In this document: one piece after another, positions 1 to 11,399 of the stretch | Layout of the letters: the number at the start of each line of letters is the position of its first letter | How positions within the stretch are numbered: position 1 is the first letter of the stretch | Assembly: GCA_964436345.1 (NCBI GenBank) | Contig: CAYTCC010000002.1 | Span: forward strand, 1-36,344 | DNA from: an uncultured Dehalococcoidia bacterium | GTDB lineage: Bacteria; Chloroflexota; Dehalococcoidia; Lucifugimonadales; GCA-002694895 | Direction: 5' to 3' | DNA length: 36,344 nucleotides | Made by a program: the position numbers and the translations under genes | Notes under the pieces: generated by a model | What the model saw: only the letters and a program-made list of their open reading frames with translations | What the model was told of the DNA's origin: nothing | The model's database searches: none

Positions 1-1
1 A

Positions 2-187
2 GTTTCCTCAGCGTCTTTTATGAATGATTTAGACGCAGATTCACTGGATTTAGTAGAATTAATCATGGCTTTTGAAGAAGAATTTAGCACAGATGATTCT
101 CCAGTTGAAATTTCAGATGAAGATGCAGAGAATATTTTAACTGTGCAAGATGCTTTAGATTTTTTAACTAAAAAAGGAATTTCTTAA
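2..187 (+). CDS. acpP: Acyl carrier protein, C-terminal part (5' end cut by window edge)
   Basis: Frame 2 translates to ...[56 protein letters not shown]. The DSLD/VEL(I/V)MA(F/L)EEEF phosphopantetheine-attachment helix is the classic ACP signature. Stop TAA at 185-187. Confidence 0.85.
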   Translation, partial: VSSASFMNDLDADSLDLVELIMAFEEEFSTDDSPVEISDEDAENILTVQDALDFLTKKGIS

Positions 188-290
188 AATAAGATATTTT
201 TTAATTAAGTATAATTAACCTTTGGATAAATAGTAATTTCTGATTAAATTCTTTATTATTCTATAATTAATTGAGTGTAATTAAGAAGTT

Positions 291-2540
291 ATGGATGCGA
301 TAAAGAATTTTATAGAATTAGCAAATAATCTTTTAGGATTAGGTATTCCTGTTTTATTGTTTATTTATAGTTCAAACTTTTTCTTTTTTTACATTTTAGG
401 ATTAAATAAACTTTATTTGAAATTAAACGTTGTAATTTTAATCATTTCTGTTTTTATTATATTTATGTTTGGGAATATAAGATCAGATTTGGGTATTATT
501 AATGCTTTTATATCTACCGATGATGGGTCGTTGGGTGGCAATATAGGTCAAAGCATGCAAATTCATACCAGGTCAATTTTTTATTCAACAATATTTTTAT
601 TTATTTTATCTATTCCTGTCAGTATATTTCCTTATAAATCAATTAAATTAATATACATTGGTATGAATATGACATTTTTGATGATTTTATTTGTAGTTAA
701 ATCATTTATTCAGTTTTTTACTTCCATAATTTCTAAAACAAAATTTGTTTCTAATCAGGCATCACCCAAAACTATTTTATTGAATTCTCAAACTGAAACA
801 TTAGTTTCTATAGATAATGAAGAAGCAAAAAGCACGTCGATATTATCGGAAAATCTTATTCCTGTGGAAGAAAATAAAATTGATTCTGAAAATAAACAAG
901 AATCTAATCCTTTATGGATCAATAATGAATCTAAAATTGATGATTATAATGAAATAAAAAGTCGGCAAAATAGTACTAGTTATTTTGATTCTGATTCTAA
1001 AAATGAACCAATCCAACAATTTTCAAATAATACAAAATCTTATAATTTACCATCTGTAGATTTATTAGATGATTTAAAGGAAATATCTATTTCAGAATCT
1101 GAAATCAATGCAACTGCACTAAAAATTCAAGACACTTTAGGTCAGTATGATGTTGATGTTGAAATTGGACAAGTTCAACCTGGACCTGTTGTTACTTTAT
1201 ATGGATTGAAACCTGGATGGATTACAAAAACAAAAAAAGAGAAACAATTTGATGCTGATGGAAATGTAGTAACAGATGAAAATGGTCGCCAAATTATGAA
1301 AGAAGTTCAATCAAAAAATAGAGTAAAAGTAGATTCTATTATGTCTAGAGAAAAAGATTTGTCACTTGCTTTGAAAACCCCATCAATTAGAATTGAAACT
1401 CCGGTTTTAGGAGAATCTCTTGTTGGAATCGAAGTGCCAAATCCTAATCCGGGATTAATTGGAATTAAATCTCTTATAAAAGATTCTTCATTTGCAAATT
1501 TATTATCACAAAATGATTCCCTTCCTATTGCATTAGGAAAAGGATCAGGTGGAGATAACGTTACAATAGATTTAACAAAAATGCCACATTTATTAATTGC
1601 GGGAGCTACTGGAAGCGGGAAAAGTGTATGCATGAACGCAATTGTATCAAGCTTAATTTATAGCAGATCACCAGATCAATTAAGATTATTATTAGTTGAC
1701 CCTAAAAGAGTAGAATTAACTCAATATAATGGGATTCCTCACATGGTAACTCCTGTAATAGTAGAATTAGATTCTGTGGCAAAAGTTTTCAGAGGAGTCA
1801 TTAATGAGATGTTTAAAAGATATAAATTGCTAGAATCTCAATCTGTTAGAAATATATCTGAATTAAATAAAAAATTTATTAATGCTATGCCATATTTAGT
1901 TATAGTTATTGATGAATTGGCAGATTTGATGATGACGAGCGGAGTAGAGATTGAAAGATCTATATGCAGATTGGCACAATTAGGACGAGCAACAGGTATA
2001 CATTTGGTAATTGCAACTCAGAGACCATCTGTTGATGTGGTAACCGGATTAATTAAATCAAATTTCCCAAGTAGAGTAAGTTTTAGTGTTAGTTCTAGTA
2101 TTGATTCTAGAACTATCCTTGATACAACAGGTGCTGAAAAATTGTTAGGGAAGGGTGATATGTTATATCTGCCCATAGATGCTTCATTACCATCCAGGTT
2201 GCAAGGATGTTTCATTAATGATAGCGAAATATCTAAATTAGTTAATTTTTGGAAAAACAATTCTTTTATGAATTCTCAATATGAAATTAATGTTTTTGAT
2301 GATTTAAATGAGAATAATAAAACAACAAATGATAATGGCTTAGATCCGAATAAAGATATCTTGTTTAATGACGCCGTAGGATTAGCTAAATCAACTAAAA
2401 AACTATCAATTTCTTTCCTTCAGAGAAAACTTAGGATAGGTTACCCTAGAGCTGCAAGATTAATGGATGAACTTGAAGAAGAAGGAATAGTAGGCCCAAT
2501 GCAGGATTCTATTAAATCAAGAGATGTTATAATTAATTAA
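291..2540 (+). CDS. ftsK: DNA translocase FtsK/SpoIIIE
   Basis: 749 aa. N-terminal hydrophobic helices, then a low-complexity N/S/E-rich linker and a motor domain with Walker A GATGSGKS and Walker B VIVIDELADL. C-terminal gamma winged helix (LQRKLRIGYPRAARLMDELEEEGIVGP). Confidence 0.92.
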   Translation: MDAIKNFIELANNLLGLGIPVLLFIYSSNFFFFYILGLNKLYLKLNVVILIISVFIIFMFGNIRSDLGIINAFISTDDGSLGGNIGQSMQIHTRSIFYSTIFLFILSIPVSIFPYKSIKLIYIGMNMTFLMILFVVKSFIQFFTSIISKTKFVSNQASPKTILLNSQTETLVSIDNEEAKSTSILSENLIPVEENKIDSENKQESNPLWINNESKIDDYNEIKSRQNSTSYFDSDSKNEPIQQFSNNTKSYNLPSVDLLDDLKEISISESEINATALKIQDTLGQYDVDVEIGQVQPGPVVTLYGLKPGWITKTKKEKQFDADGNVVTDENGRQIMKEVQSKNRVKVDSIMSREKDLSLALKTPSIRIETPVLGESLVGIEVPNPNPGLIGIKSLIKDSSFANLLSQNDSLPIALGKGSGGDNVTIDLTKMPHLLIAGATGSGKSVCMNAIVSSLIYSRSPDQLRLLLVDPKRVELTQYNGIPHMVTPVIVELDSVAKVFRGVINEMFKRYKLLESQSVRNISELNKKFINAMPYLVIVIDELADLMMTSGVEIERSICRLAQLGRATGIHLVIATQRPSVDVVTGLIKSNFPSRVSFSVSSSIDSRTILDTTGAEKLLGKGDMLYLPIDASLPSRLQGCFINDSEISKLVNFWKNNSFMNSQYEINVFDDLNENNKTTNDNGLDPNKDILFNDAVGLAKSTKKLSISFLQRKLRIGYPRAARLMDELEEEGIVGPMQDSIKSRDVIIN

Positions 2541-2566
2541 AATACATCAAAAGATTTGGTTGAAAT

Positions 2567-4318
2567 TTGGAGCATAATTCTACTAACGGAAATATGGATG
2601 AAATTAATGAATTAATAGATAATTATTCTATTGAATCTTTAGAAAATTGCTTGCAGTGTGACAAGAAAATTCAGACTTCGGAATTATATTCTACTTATAA
2701 AATTTGTCACAATTGTAATTTCCATTTTTATATTAAACCGTATGAAAGAATAAACTTACTTACTGACAGAAAATCATACGTTGAATTTAATCAAGAATTA
2801 CCAAATGAATTTAATTATATTTATGATAAATACCCGGATTATGCTAAGAGAGCCCAAAAAGATACTGAACGAACTGGATTGAATGATTCTGTTTTAACAG
2901 GATATGCATCAATTGGCGGAAATAGGTGCATATTAATAATACTCGATTTTTCATTTATGGGCGGGAATTTAGGATTGATTTCAGGAGAAAAAATTTCTTT
3001 AGCCATTGATTTAGCAGTATCGAAAAAACTACCTATTGTTTCTATAATTTCAAGTTCTGGAACCCGTTTTGAAGAAGGGATGATTTCGATAATGCAAATG
3101 GCAAAAATAACATTGTCTATGGCAAATGCTAAAAAATCTAATATACCATCAATTTCATTATTAACTAATCCTTGTACTGGCCAAGCTTACGCAACGTTAG
3201 CTACTTTTTCAGATATTATTATGTCTGAGCCTGGTGCTTCAGTTGGATTAAGCCCTTTAAAAGATTTGAAGCATTCTTCGGGTTCAGTTAAATTTGAAAC
3301 AAGAACTTCTGATGCTCTTATTTCCAGAGGATTGATAGATTCAATAGTAAATAGAAATCATCAGAAAGAAGAAATATCAAAAATTATTGATTTGTTAGGC
3401 AATCGACATAAATTAGTTTATGAAAATAAAAATGATAAAGTAAATGAATTTGCTTTATCTGACACCCCGATAGATAAAAGAGAATATATTTCACAGCATC
3501 CATCACGTCCCTCAGCCTCACTCTTTTTGAATAAAGTTTTTGAACATTTTTTTGAGATTAAAGGTGACAGATTATTAGAAAATAGTGAAAGAATTGTTAC
3601 GGGGTTAGCACAGTTAGGAGGGCAAACAGTAATGTTAGTTGCCCAAGAATATATAAAAGATACAAATTCATTAATCGGGAAACAAGGATTGTCATCTACA
3701 GATTTCAGAAAATGTACTAGAGCCATTAGCTTGGCTTCAAGATTTAATATTCCGATAATTACTTTTATTGATACAAAAGGACATGATCTTTCTTATGAAG
3801 AAGAAATTAGAGGGATAGGTGTTTCACTTGGAGGTACTTTGCTTTCTATGGCTGAATTGAATTCACCGTCAATGTCTGTCTTGATTGGTGTTGGAGGAAG
3901 TGAAGCCGCTTTAAGTTTAGATATTTCTGATCGTAGATTAATGCTTGAAAATGCTATATTGAAAATTGCTGACAATAATACAGAGTCAAATAATGAAAAC
4001 ATGGTATTAGGTGCACAGGAATGCAAGGATTTAGATATTGTTGATATTATAGTTCCGGAACCCATTGGTGGATTACATCTAAATCCCGATGAATGTTTTA
4101 GTTTGTTAAGAAAAATTCTAATGATAGAATTGGCTGAATTGAATCGGGTGTCTTCCAGATCCAGATTTAGATCAAAATATAATAAATTTAGAGGTATTCC
4201 TGGTATCAGCAATAATATGTTAACTGATTTGACAAATGATGTTCTTTCAGTAAAATCTAAATTTACTGATTATCTAAATATTAAGCTTCGTAAAGATAAA
4301 AAAAGTAAAAAAACCTAA
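2567..4318 (+). CDS. accD/accA: Fused acetyl-CoA carboxylase carboxyltransferase, beta (AccD) N-terminal half plus alpha (AccA) C-terminal half
   Basis: 583 aa. The N-terminus has an AccD Zn-ribbon (CLQCDKK...CHNCNFHF) and a beta-subunit core ([14 protein letters not shown]). The C-terminal half matches AccA (HPSRPSA..., [19 protein letters not shown]). The ORF starts at TTG 2567; ATG at 2594 is an alternative start. Confidence 0.8.
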   Translation: MEHNSTNGNMDEINELIDNYSIESLENCLQCDKKIQTSELYSTYKICHNCNFHFYIKPYERINLLTDRKSYVEFNQELPNEFNYIYDKYPDYAKRAQKDTERTGLNDSVLTGYASIGGNRCILIILDFSFMGGNLGLISGEKISLAIDLAVSKKLPIVSIISSSGTRFEEGMISIMQMAKITLSMANAKKSNIPSISLLTNPCTGQAYATLATFSDIIMSEPGASVGLSPLKDLKHSSGSVKFETRTSDALISRGLIDSIVNRNHQKEEISKIIDLLGNRHKLVYENKNDKVNEFALSDTPIDKREYISQHPSRPSASLFLNKVFEHFFEIKGDRLLENSERIVTGLAQLGGQTVMLVAQEYIKDTNSLIGKQGLSSTDFRKCTRAISLASRFNIPIITFIDTKGHDLSYEEEIRGIGVSLGGTLLSMAELNSPSMSVLIGVGGSEAALSLDISDRRLMLENAILKIADNNTESNNENMVLGAQECKDLDIVDIIVPEPIGGLHLNPDECFSLLRKILMIELAELNRVSSRSRFRSKYNKFRGIPGISNNMLTDLTNDVLSVKSKFTDYLNIKLRKDKKSKKT

Positions 4319-4932
4319 ATGTTTTTGACAATACCACCAATGCTTGATCTGTTTGATTCAAAAACTTTGATTTCTTTTTCTTTTTCTAATGTTAATCCGA
4401 TATCATCTAAGCCATTTTGCAGACAATATTTTCGGAATTTTTCAATTTCGAAATATTCTGATATTTCTTCTTCTGTATCCCATATTCTTTGAGATTCAAG
4501 ATCAATATTTAATGTAAAATTATCGTTATTTTGGGATTTTTTTATTAAACTTTTGACTTTTTCTTTGCTTAATTTGATAGGTAGAATCCCGTTTTGAAAA
4601 CAATTGTTATAAAATATATCGGCGAAACTTGGGGCAATTATAATTTGAAACCCATAATCATTTAATGCCCATGGAGCATGTTCTCTTGAAGAGCCTGTTC
4701 CAAAATTTTCTCCTGTTAATAATATAGATGCATTTTTATATTTATTTTCATTTAGAATGAATTCTTTATTTAAAGAACCATCTTGATTAAATCTCCAGTC
4801 ATAAAATAAAAATTTACCAAAGCCTGTTCTTTCAATTCTTTTTAAGAATTGCTTTGGTATTATTTGATCAGTATCAATATTTACCCTGTCTAAAGAGACA
4901 GTTTTTCCTGTATGTTTATTAATTGCTTTCAT
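4315..4932 (-). CDS. leuD: 3-isopropylmalate dehydratase small subunit
   Basis: 205 aa. Motifs [15 protein letters not shown] and [17 protein letters not shown] are LeuD hallmarks. The gene abuts the leuC stop with no spacer. Confidence 0.92.
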   Translation of the reverse strand: MKAINKHTGKTVSLDRVNIDTDQIIPKQFLKRIERTGFGKFLFYDWRFNQDGSLNKEFILNENKYKNASILLTGENFGTGSSREHAPWALNDYGFQIIIAPSFADIFYNNCFQNGILPIKLSKEKVKSLIKKSQNNDNFTLNIDLESQRIWDTEEEISEYFEIEKFRKYCLQNGLDDIGLTLEKEKEIKVFESNRSSIGGIVKNI

Positions 4933-6336
4933 TTATATTTCCCTGGTGTCAACAAAATGCCCTGCTATTGCCGCCGCCGCCGCCATTTCTGGGCTTACTA
5001 GGTGAGTACGCCCGCCTTTTCCTTGTCGACCTTCAAAATTTCTATTAGAGGTTGAGGCGCATCTTTCTTTGGGTTGAAGAATATCCGGATTCATTCCTAA
5101 GCACATAGAACATCCAGCCTCTCTCCATTCAAAACCTGCATCTTTAAATATTTTGTCTAAACCTTTTTGTTCTGCAATTGATTTAACTAAAGTGGATCCA
5201 GGGACGACCATTGCATTTACATTTGAATTAACTTTTTTATTTTTAACAATTTGAGCAGCTACTTCTAAATCTTCTATTCTTGAATTAGTGCACGACCCTA
5301 TGAAAACTCTGTCTATTTTTATATCTTCGATTTGTGTATCTGGTTTTAATCCCATATATTCCAATGCTTTTTCAATAGATATTTTTTCATCAATGTCTGT
5401 AGAATTCTCAGGATTAGGGATCTTTCCTGTTATTGGAGATACCATTCCGGGGTTAGTTCCCCAAGTAACAAAAGGTTCAAAATCTTCACTGTTTATAATA
5501 ATTTGTTTATCGTAAATAGCTCCTTCGTCTGTTTTGAGATTGAGCCAATTATTTTTAGCTTTTTCAAAATCTTTTCCTTTGGGAGCAAATGTTTTACCTT
5601 CAAGGTATTTTATTGTTTTCATGTCTGGGGCTATCATCCCTGCTCTGCCGCCAGCTTCAATTGACATATTACAAACTGTCATTCTGCCTTCCATGCTTAA
5701 ATTAGTTATTGCTTCGCCAGTATATTCAATTGCATGGCCGGTAGCTCCACTAATTCCAATATTTTTAATTATCCCTAATATTACATCTTTTGCAGTAACA
5801 CCATTAGGCAAAGCCCCTTCTAAATGAATATTCATTGTTTTAGGTTTGAATTGTCTTAATGTTTGAGTTGCTAATACATGTTCTACTTCTGAAGTTCCTA
5901 TGCCCATTGCAAATGCTCCAAATGCTCCATTTGTAGATGTATGGCTGTCACCGCATACGATAATTTTTCCCGGCTGGGTTAGTCCAAGATCGGGGCCTAT
6001 GACATGTACAATTCCTTGATTTTTATGATACATATCAAATAATTTGATACCAAATTCTTCGCAATTTTTGGTTAATGTTTCTATTTGTTTTTTTGCTATT
6101 GGGTCTGTTATTTTTCTTCCAACCCAAGTAGGAACATTATGTTCTGCAACTGCTATTGTAAGATCTGGGCGCCTTACTTTTCTTTTAGCTAACCTAAGTC
6201 CTTCAAATGCCTGAGGAGAAGTTACCTCATGTATCATATGCAGATCGATATATAATACCGATGGCTGATCTTGTTGCTCGTGAACAATGTGAGCATCCCA
6301 AATTTTTTCAAATAAAGTTTTGTGATTTTTATTCAT
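4933..6336 (-). CDS. leuC: 3-isopropylmalate dehydratase large subunit
   Basis: 467 aa aconitase-family protein: [34 protein letters not shown], and the Fe-S Cys ligands GSCTNSR and CSMCLGMN. Confidence 0.95.
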   Translation of the reverse strand: MNKNHKTLFEKIWDAHIVHEQQDQPSVLYIDLHMIHEVTSPQAFEGLRLAKRKVRRPDLTIAVAEHNVPTWVGRKITDPIAKKQIETLTKNCEEFGIKLFDMYHKNQGIVHVIGPDLGLTQPGKIIVCGDSHTSTNGAFGAFAMGIGTSEVEHVLATQTLRQFKPKTMNIHLEGALPNGVTAKDVILGIIKNIGISGATGHAIEYTGEAITNLSMEGRMTVCNMSIEAGGRAGMIAPDMKTIKYLEGKTFAPKGKDFEKAKNNWLNLKTDEGAIYDKQIIINSEDFEPFVTWGTNPGMVSPITGKIPNPENSTDIDEKISIEKALEYMGLKPDTQIEDIKIDRVFIGSCTNSRIEDLEVAAQIVKNKKVNSNVNAMVVPGSTLVKSIAEQKGLDKIFKDAGFEWREAGCSMCLGMNPDILQPKERCASTSNRNFEGRQGKGGRTHLVSPEMAAAAAIAGHFVDTREI

Positions 6337-6351
6337 ATATTGGTTTTAATA

Positions 6352-7875
6352 TTATTTATTTGATAGTTTGTTTAATCCATCAATGTATGCTTTTGCACTA
6401 GCTACAAGAATATCTGTATCAGAACCACGACCTATGACTAAGCTCCCCTCATGTTCTAATTTTACTATAGCATCTCCAATTGCATCAATTCCTTCAGTTA
6501 CAGCTTCAATTCTCCATTCATTTAAAACTACTTTTAAATCAATTTGTTTATTAATAGCTTTATAAATTGCATCAACAGGGCCAGTACCTGTTGATGTTGA
6601 ACTTTTAATCTTGTTATTTTGTGTGTTTTTAATTTCTATTTTAGCTGAAGGATTTTTATTTGATCCAGATTTTATATCAATAGAAACTAATTCAAATTGC
6701 CCGTCAGATCTTTCAGATCTTTTTTGATTTGACATTAAAGATTCTAAATCTTGATTTGTCACTTCTCTTTTTTTGTCAGCTAATATTTTGAATTCTTCAA
6801 AAGTTTTATTTAATTCGTCAGGTGATAAATTATAACCTAGATCTTCAAGTCTAGATTTAAGTCCTGCTCTTCCACTTAATTTACTTAATACAAGAGTATT
6901 TCCTGTAAGTCCAATTGATTCAGGATCCATAATTTCAAAAGTAGATTTTGATTTTATAACACCATCTTGATGTATTCCTGATGCATGCCTGAATGCGTTT
7001 GCTCCAACTATTGCTTTATTAGGCTGCACTGGGAATCCAGTTATATCACTCACTAATCGACTAGTTTTATATATTTCTTTAGTATTGATATCAGTTTTTA
7101 CGTTTAATAAATCTTTTCTAGTTTCTATTGCCATGATTACTTCTTCTAAGGCAGCATTTCCGGCTCTTTCTCCAAGTCCATTTATACATCCTTCAATTTG
7201 CCTTGCACCAGCTGTAATTGCTGCCAAACTATTTGAAACAGCTAATCCAAGATCATTATGACAGTGTACGCTTGTAACTATTTTATCCATTCCGGGGACA
7301 TTATGAATTATATTTTCAATACGATTTTCAAATTCCCATGGCAGAGTATAACCTACGGTGTCAGGTATATTTATTGTAGTTGCTCCTGCTTTTACTGTGG
7401 CTTCAATTAATTGATATAAAAAGTTCATGTCTGTTCTGGAAGCATCCATTGGAGAAAATTCAATATCATCACAATATTGTTTAGCTTTTTCCACACAATA
7501 TACTGCCATATTCAATACTTCTTCTCTGTCTTTTTTTAATTGATTTAGTATTTGTATATCTGAACTGTTTATAAATACATGTATTCTTGGGCTTTCTGCA
7601 TTTTTTATTGCTTTCCAAGCGGCTTCAACATCAGAAGGTATACAGCGGGCCAATGCAGCAATGACAGGTCCTTTTATTTGTTCTGAAATCATTGATACAG
7701 ACTCAAAATCTCCAGGCGAGGAGGCTGGAAATCCAGCTTCAATGATATCAACATTTAATTTATTTAATTGTGTGGCAATTTCAAGTTTTTCAAATTTTGT
7801 CAGACCAATTCCAGCAGATTGTTCTCCATCTCTTAAAGTAGTATCGAAAATTAGAATTTTATTATCATTAGCCAT
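6352..7875 (-). CDS. leuA: 2-isopropylmalate synthase (with C-terminal LeuA regulatory domain)
   Basis: 507 aa. N-terminus IFDTTLRDGEQSAG, then HCHNDLGLAVSNSLAA and GLGERAGNAALEEV. Length and C-terminal domain fit bacterial LeuA, and the gene sits between ilvC and leuC. Confidence 0.9.
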   Translation of the reverse strand: MANDNKILIFDTTLRDGEQSAGIGLTKFEKLEIATQLNKLNVDIIEAGFPASSPGDFESVSMISEQIKGPVIAALARCIPSDVEAAWKAIKNAESPRIHVFINSSDIQILNQLKKDREEVLNMAVYCVEKAKQYCDDIEFSPMDASRTDMNFLYQLIEATVKAGATTINIPDTVGYTLPWEFENRIENIIHNVPGMDKIVTSVHCHNDLGLAVSNSLAAITAGARQIEGCINGLGERAGNAALEEVIMAIETRKDLLNVKTDINTKEIYKTSRLVSDITGFPVQPNKAIVGANAFRHASGIHQDGVIKSKSTFEIMDPESIGLTGNTLVLSKLSGRAGLKSRLEDLGYNLSPDELNKTFEEFKILADKKREVTNQDLESLMSNQKRSERSDGQFELVSIDIKSGSNKNPSAKIEIKNTQNNKIKSSTSTGTGPVDAIYKAINKQIDLKVVLNEWRIEAVTEGIDAIGDAIVKLEHEGSLVIGRGSDTDILVASAKAYIDGLNKLSNK

Positions 7876-7899
7876 TTATGAACCTCATTAATATAAAAA

Positions 7900-8898
7900 T
7901 TATTCAGAATCCTTTAGAAAGGGCATCATATCTCTTAATTCTTTCCCTATAATTTCTATAGGATGCGAGCTATTTTGTTTTCTTAATTCATTAAATTTAT
8001 GTAATCCTTCATCGTTTTCAGTTATCCATTCCCTTGCAAAAGAACCATCTTGTATGTCTTTAAGTACTTTTTGCATATTTTCTTTTACAGATTCGTCGAT
8101 TATTACCGGACCTCTAGTTAAATCTCCATATTCAGCGGTAGTACTTATAGAATAACGCATATAATCTAATCCTCCTTGATACATCAGATCTACTATAAGT
8201 TTTAGTTCGTGAAGGCATTCAAAGTATGCTGATTCTGGCTGGTATCCTGCTTCAATTAATGTTTCAAATGCATATTTTACTAATTGCGCTGTTCCTCCGC
8301 ATAATACAGCTTGCTCACCAAATAAATCTGTTTCAGTTTCTTCTTTAAATGTTGTTGTTAGTACTCCAGCTCTGGTACAGCCTACTGCTTTTGCATAAGC
8401 TAATCCTGTGGAAATTGCATTTCCGGATGGATTTTGATGTATAGCTAATAACCCAGGAACTCCCGATCCTTTAGTAAATACTTCTCTCATTCTGTGTCCT
8501 GGTGCTTTGGGTGCAACCATTACTACATCAACATTGCCCGGTGGTTTGATAGTGTTGTAGTGAATATTAAAACCATGAGCGAACATGAGAGTTTTATTTT
8601 CATTCATATGTTTCTGTATAGATTCTTTATATACTTGTGGCTGAATGGTATCAGGTAATAACATCATAATTATGTCTGATGATTCAGATACTTCAGATAC
8701 TGTGCCTACCTCTAAGCCATCATTTTCGGCTTTTTCCCAACTTTTGCTTCCTTCATATAATCCTACTTTTACATTTACCCCACTATCCTTAGCACTTAAG
8801 GCATGTGCATGCCCTTGGCTACCATAGCCTATTATAGCTATTGATTTATTATCAAATAAATTTAAATCACCATCAGAATCGTAATACATTTTTGCCAT
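7900..8898 (-). CDS. ilvC: Ketol-acid reductoisomerase (class I)
   Basis: 332 aa. NADP-binding [16 protein letters not shown]..., then FAHGFNIHY and GEQAVLCGG. Confidence 0.95.
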   Translation of the reverse strand: MAKMYYDSDGDLNLFDNKSIAIIGYGSQGHAHALSAKDSGVNVKVGLYEGSKSWEKAENDGLEVGTVSEVSESSDIIMMLLPDTIQPQVYKESIQKHMNENKTLMFAHGFNIHYNTIKPPGNVDVVMVAPKAPGHRMREVFTKGSGVPGLLAIHQNPSGNAISTGLAYAKAVGCTRAGVLTTTFKEETETDLFGEQAVLCGGTAQLVKYAFETLIEAGYQPESAYFECLHELKLIVDLMYQGGLDYMRYSISTTAEYGDLTRGPVIIDESVKENMQKVLKDIQDGSFAREWITENDEGLHKFNELRKQNSSHPIEIIGKELRDMMPFLKDSE

Positions 8899-8918
8899 TT
8901 TTTTTACTCCATTTGTAT

Positions 8919-9428
8919 TTATTTTTTTTCTCTATTCATTGCAATTAATCCGGTTCTCATTACTTCAACTATACCAAATGAAGACAGTAAATCCTGTAAA
9001 GCTTTTATTTTCTGATCATCGCCAGTAGCTTCTATAATGATTGAAGAAGGGCTTACATCCACAATTTTAGCTCTATAGATAGCAACTATCTGCATGATTT
9101 CACTTCTAGTTTTAGTGTCTGAGTTTACCTTGATTAGAGCAAGTTCTCTTGAAATTATATTGTCATCAGATATGTCATTTACTTTTATTATATCTATAAG
9201 TTTATGTAATTGTTTTGTGATTTTTTCAACTATATCATCCCCACCTTCAACTACTACAGTTAGCCTTGAAAGATGATCTATCTCACTATGGCCAACAGCT
9301 AAACTTTGTATATTAAAACCTCTTCTCCTTAACATACTAGTTATTCTATTAAGAACACCGGGTTTGTCATTCACTAGTGCAGTAACAGTTCTTGCAGGAA
9401 TTGTGTTTTTTGTATCTTTAGTATTCAT
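8919..9428 (-). CDS. ilvN: Acetolactate synthase small (regulatory, ACT-domain) subunit
   Basis: 169 aa. ACT-domain start [28 protein letters not shown]. The start overlaps the ilvB stop by 1 nt. Confidence 0.9.
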   Translation of the reverse strand: MNTKDTKNTIPARTVTALVNDKPGVLNRITSMLRRRGFNIQSLAVGHSEIDHLSRLTVVVEGGDDIVEKITKQLHKLIDIIKVNDISDDNIISRELALIKVNSDTKTRSEIMQIVAIYRAKIVDVSPSSIIIEATGDDQKIKALQDLLSSFGIVEVMRTGLIAMNREKK

Positions 9429-11128
9429 TATTCAACCTCCTGTGATGAAGGTTCTTCCATCATGTCTTGAACAGTTGTTCCTGAAGGAATCATTGGATAA
9501 ACATTTTCTTCAGATTCAACAATAAAGTCTATCAATACTGGGCCATCATGTTTAATCGCATCTAAAATTGCAGGCTTTACTTGTGTTTTATCAGTAACTT
9601 TTAAAGCATAAATATCAAATGCTTCTGCTAATTTCACAAAATCAGGGATCCCTTTATAGGATGTAGATACATAAGATTTTTCATAAAACAGTTCTTGCCA
9701 TTGCCTTACCATACCTAAAAAGCCATTGTTCATAATCGCAAATTTAATAGGAAGTTTGTTTTCAGAAATTGTAGCTAATTCAGACATAGTCATTTGAAAT
9801 CCTCCATCACCGGCAATAGACCATACCATTTCGTTTGGTCTGCCAACCTGAGCTCCTAATGCTGCTGGTACCTCATAACCCATTGCTCCGGCACCTCCGG
9901 ATGTAATGATTTTATTTTTATCATTAAATGGATAATGCTGAGCAGCCCACATTTGATGTTGCCCAACCCCGGTTACTATAATTGAGTCTCCATTTGTCAA
10001 TTTATGCAATTCTTTCATTATGAATTGAGGAAGTAATTTTTCAGTGTCTCTAAGTGCTAGGCTTGGATGATTGTTTTTTAATCTGTCTATTTGTTTTATC
10101 CATTCCACATGTGTTTTTTCTTCCACTGATTTTACTAAATTTGACAATGTAGTTTTTGCATCTGATACTATAGGTACATCTGCATGAATTATTTTACCTA
10201 TTTCAGATGCGTCGATATCTATATGAATTTTTTTAGCATTAGATGCAAATTTGTCAGGATTTCCTGTGATTCTATCATCGAATCTCATTCCAACAGCAAT
10301 GATAAGGTCTGACTGATCAAGTATAAGATTAGAGTAAGCCATTCCATGCATACCTGGCCATCCATAGTAAAGGAAGTGATTTGCAGGAAAGGAGCTTAAA
10401 CCTAAAAGGGTATTTATAACAGGTATTTGGCATTTTTCTGCTAATTCTAATAATTCATCATAGGCCTTTGATATTTTAATGCCATGACCCGCCAAAAGCA
10501 CTGGTCTTTTAGCTTTATTTATAAGATCACAAGCACGTTTTATTTGCTTTTGATTTACTGATGTATTGGGTTTATATCCGGGTATATTAATATTTTTTGG
10601 ATAATTATAAACACCAGTTCCTTGAAGTATATCTTTTGGTATATCAACTAAAACGGGGCCAGGTCTTCCAGAAGTTGCTATATGAAATGCTTCTTTTATA
10701 GTTTCACCTATATCTTTTATATCCATAACAAGATAATTGTGTTTTGTAATTGGGAGTGTTATTCCTGTAATATCTGTTTCTTGAAATGCGTCGGTACCTA
10801 TTACTGGTCTGCCTACTTGGCCTGTTATTGCAACTATTGGTACTGAGTCCATTTGAGCTGTAGCTATTCCAGTTACTAGATTTGTGGTTCCTGGTCCTGA
10901 GGTCGCGAAAGCTACTCCAGCTTTACCAGTTGCTCTTGCATAGCCATCAGCAGCATGAGCTGCTCCTTGTTCATGTCGAACTAATATATGTTTTAATTTT
11001 TCGTATTCTGGTAATACTTGATATAAGGGTAATATAGCCCCCCCAGGAATTCCGAAAATGTGTTCAACGCCTTCTCTGATCAGAGATTCGCAAACCATTT
11101 GTGATCCGTTCATTAATTTGTTATTCAT
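9428..11128 (-). CDS. ilvB: Acetolactate synthase large (catalytic, ThDP/FAD) subunit
   Basis: 566 aa. GIPGGAILPLY, HEQGAAHAADGYARATGK, and the ThDP motif GDGGFQMT...NNGFLGMVRQWQ. Confidence 0.93.
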   Translation of the reverse strand: MNNKLMNGSQMVCESLIREGVEHIFGIPGGAILPLYQVLPEYEKLKHILVRHEQGAAHAADGYARATGKAGVAFATSGPGTTNLVTGIATAQMDSVPIVAITGQVGRPVIGTDAFQETDITGITLPITKHNYLVMDIKDIGETIKEAFHIATSGRPGPVLVDIPKDILQGTGVYNYPKNINIPGYKPNTSVNQKQIKRACDLINKAKRPVLLAGHGIKISKAYDELLELAEKCQIPVINTLLGLSSFPANHFLYYGWPGMHGMAYSNLILDQSDLIIAVGMRFDDRITGNPDKFASNAKKIHIDIDASEIGKIIHADVPIVSDAKTTLSNLVKSVEEKTHVEWIKQIDRLKNNHPSLALRDTEKLLPQFIMKELHKLTNGDSIIVTGVGQHQMWAAQHYPFNDKNKIITSGGAGAMGYEVPAALGAQVGRPNEMVWSIAGDGGFQMTMSELATISENKLPIKFAIMNNGFLGMVRQWQELFYEKSYVSTSYKGIPDFVKLAEAFDIYALKVTDKTQVKPAILDAIKHDGPVLIDFIVESEENVYPMIPSGTTVQDMMEEPSSQEVE

Positions 11129-11146
11129 TGTTTGTTTAATTTTTAT

Positions 11147-11393
11147 AAATAAAAACCCGTCCCAAAGGGACGGGATATGTTACCCGTGGTACCACCCTAA
11201 TTGCTATTAGTTAGAAAGCCACTTAAATGCAAGCTGTAACGGGCAATCCCGGCTATCTCTAATTATTCAAGATAGCACTCAAGGGTGAGTTCTGAAGATT
11301 TGAGATATCGACTTACACCATATTCGATTCGCTAAATCCCAAACTTCTTCATACTAATCCCTATCACTGCTTTGATTATTATATTTTCAGTGA
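11147..11393 (-). promoter_or_regulatory. T-box riboswitch leader with Leu specifier CUC, controlling ilvB-ilvN-ilvC-leuA-leuC-leuD
   Basis: Read on the minus strand:
- K-turn GUGAUAG / UGAG.
- Stem I specifier loop: AGUA box on the 5' side and GAA-CUC-A on the 3' side (CUC = plus-strand gag 11287-11289), closed by GGG/CCC and UGAAG/CUUCA.
- Distal UGGUGUAAG (GNUGNNA-type) loop.
- F-box CCGUUA.
- T-box AAUUAGGGUGGUACCACGGG (plus 11181-11202).
- Antiterminator GGG-[UGGUACC]-ACGGG...CCCGU-CCC, which competes with the terminator CCCGUCCC/GGGACGGG. Confidence 0.9.
11151..11174 (-). terminator. Intrinsic terminator of the T-box expression platform
   Basis: Minus strand reads CCCGUCCC-UUUG-GGGACGGG followed by UUUUUAUUUAU, about 22 nt upstream of the ilvB ATG. 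The 5' arm is shared with the antiterminator. Confidence 0.85.
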
Positions 11394-11399
11394 GATAAT

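Noticed and set aside
1307-1633. Antisense or shadow ORFs inside well-conserved genes: 1307-1633, 2018-2260, 3418-3726, 3793-4212, 5288-5515, 5534-5827, 6207-6401, 6368-6565, 7661-7891, 8645-8827, 9094-9276, 11460-11648, 11944-12132, 12353-12547, 14338-14562, 15226-15420, 20275-20493, 21455-21811, 27209-27427, 28206-28427, 28907-29095, 29871-30074, 31947-32132.
   Set aside because: Each lies wholly or largely opposite, or (one case) out of frame on the same strand as, a gene with strong family motifs. Their translations are low-complexity (rich in S, L, I, F) with no recognisable domains. Long spurious ORFs of this kind are common opposite strongly conserved coding sequence.
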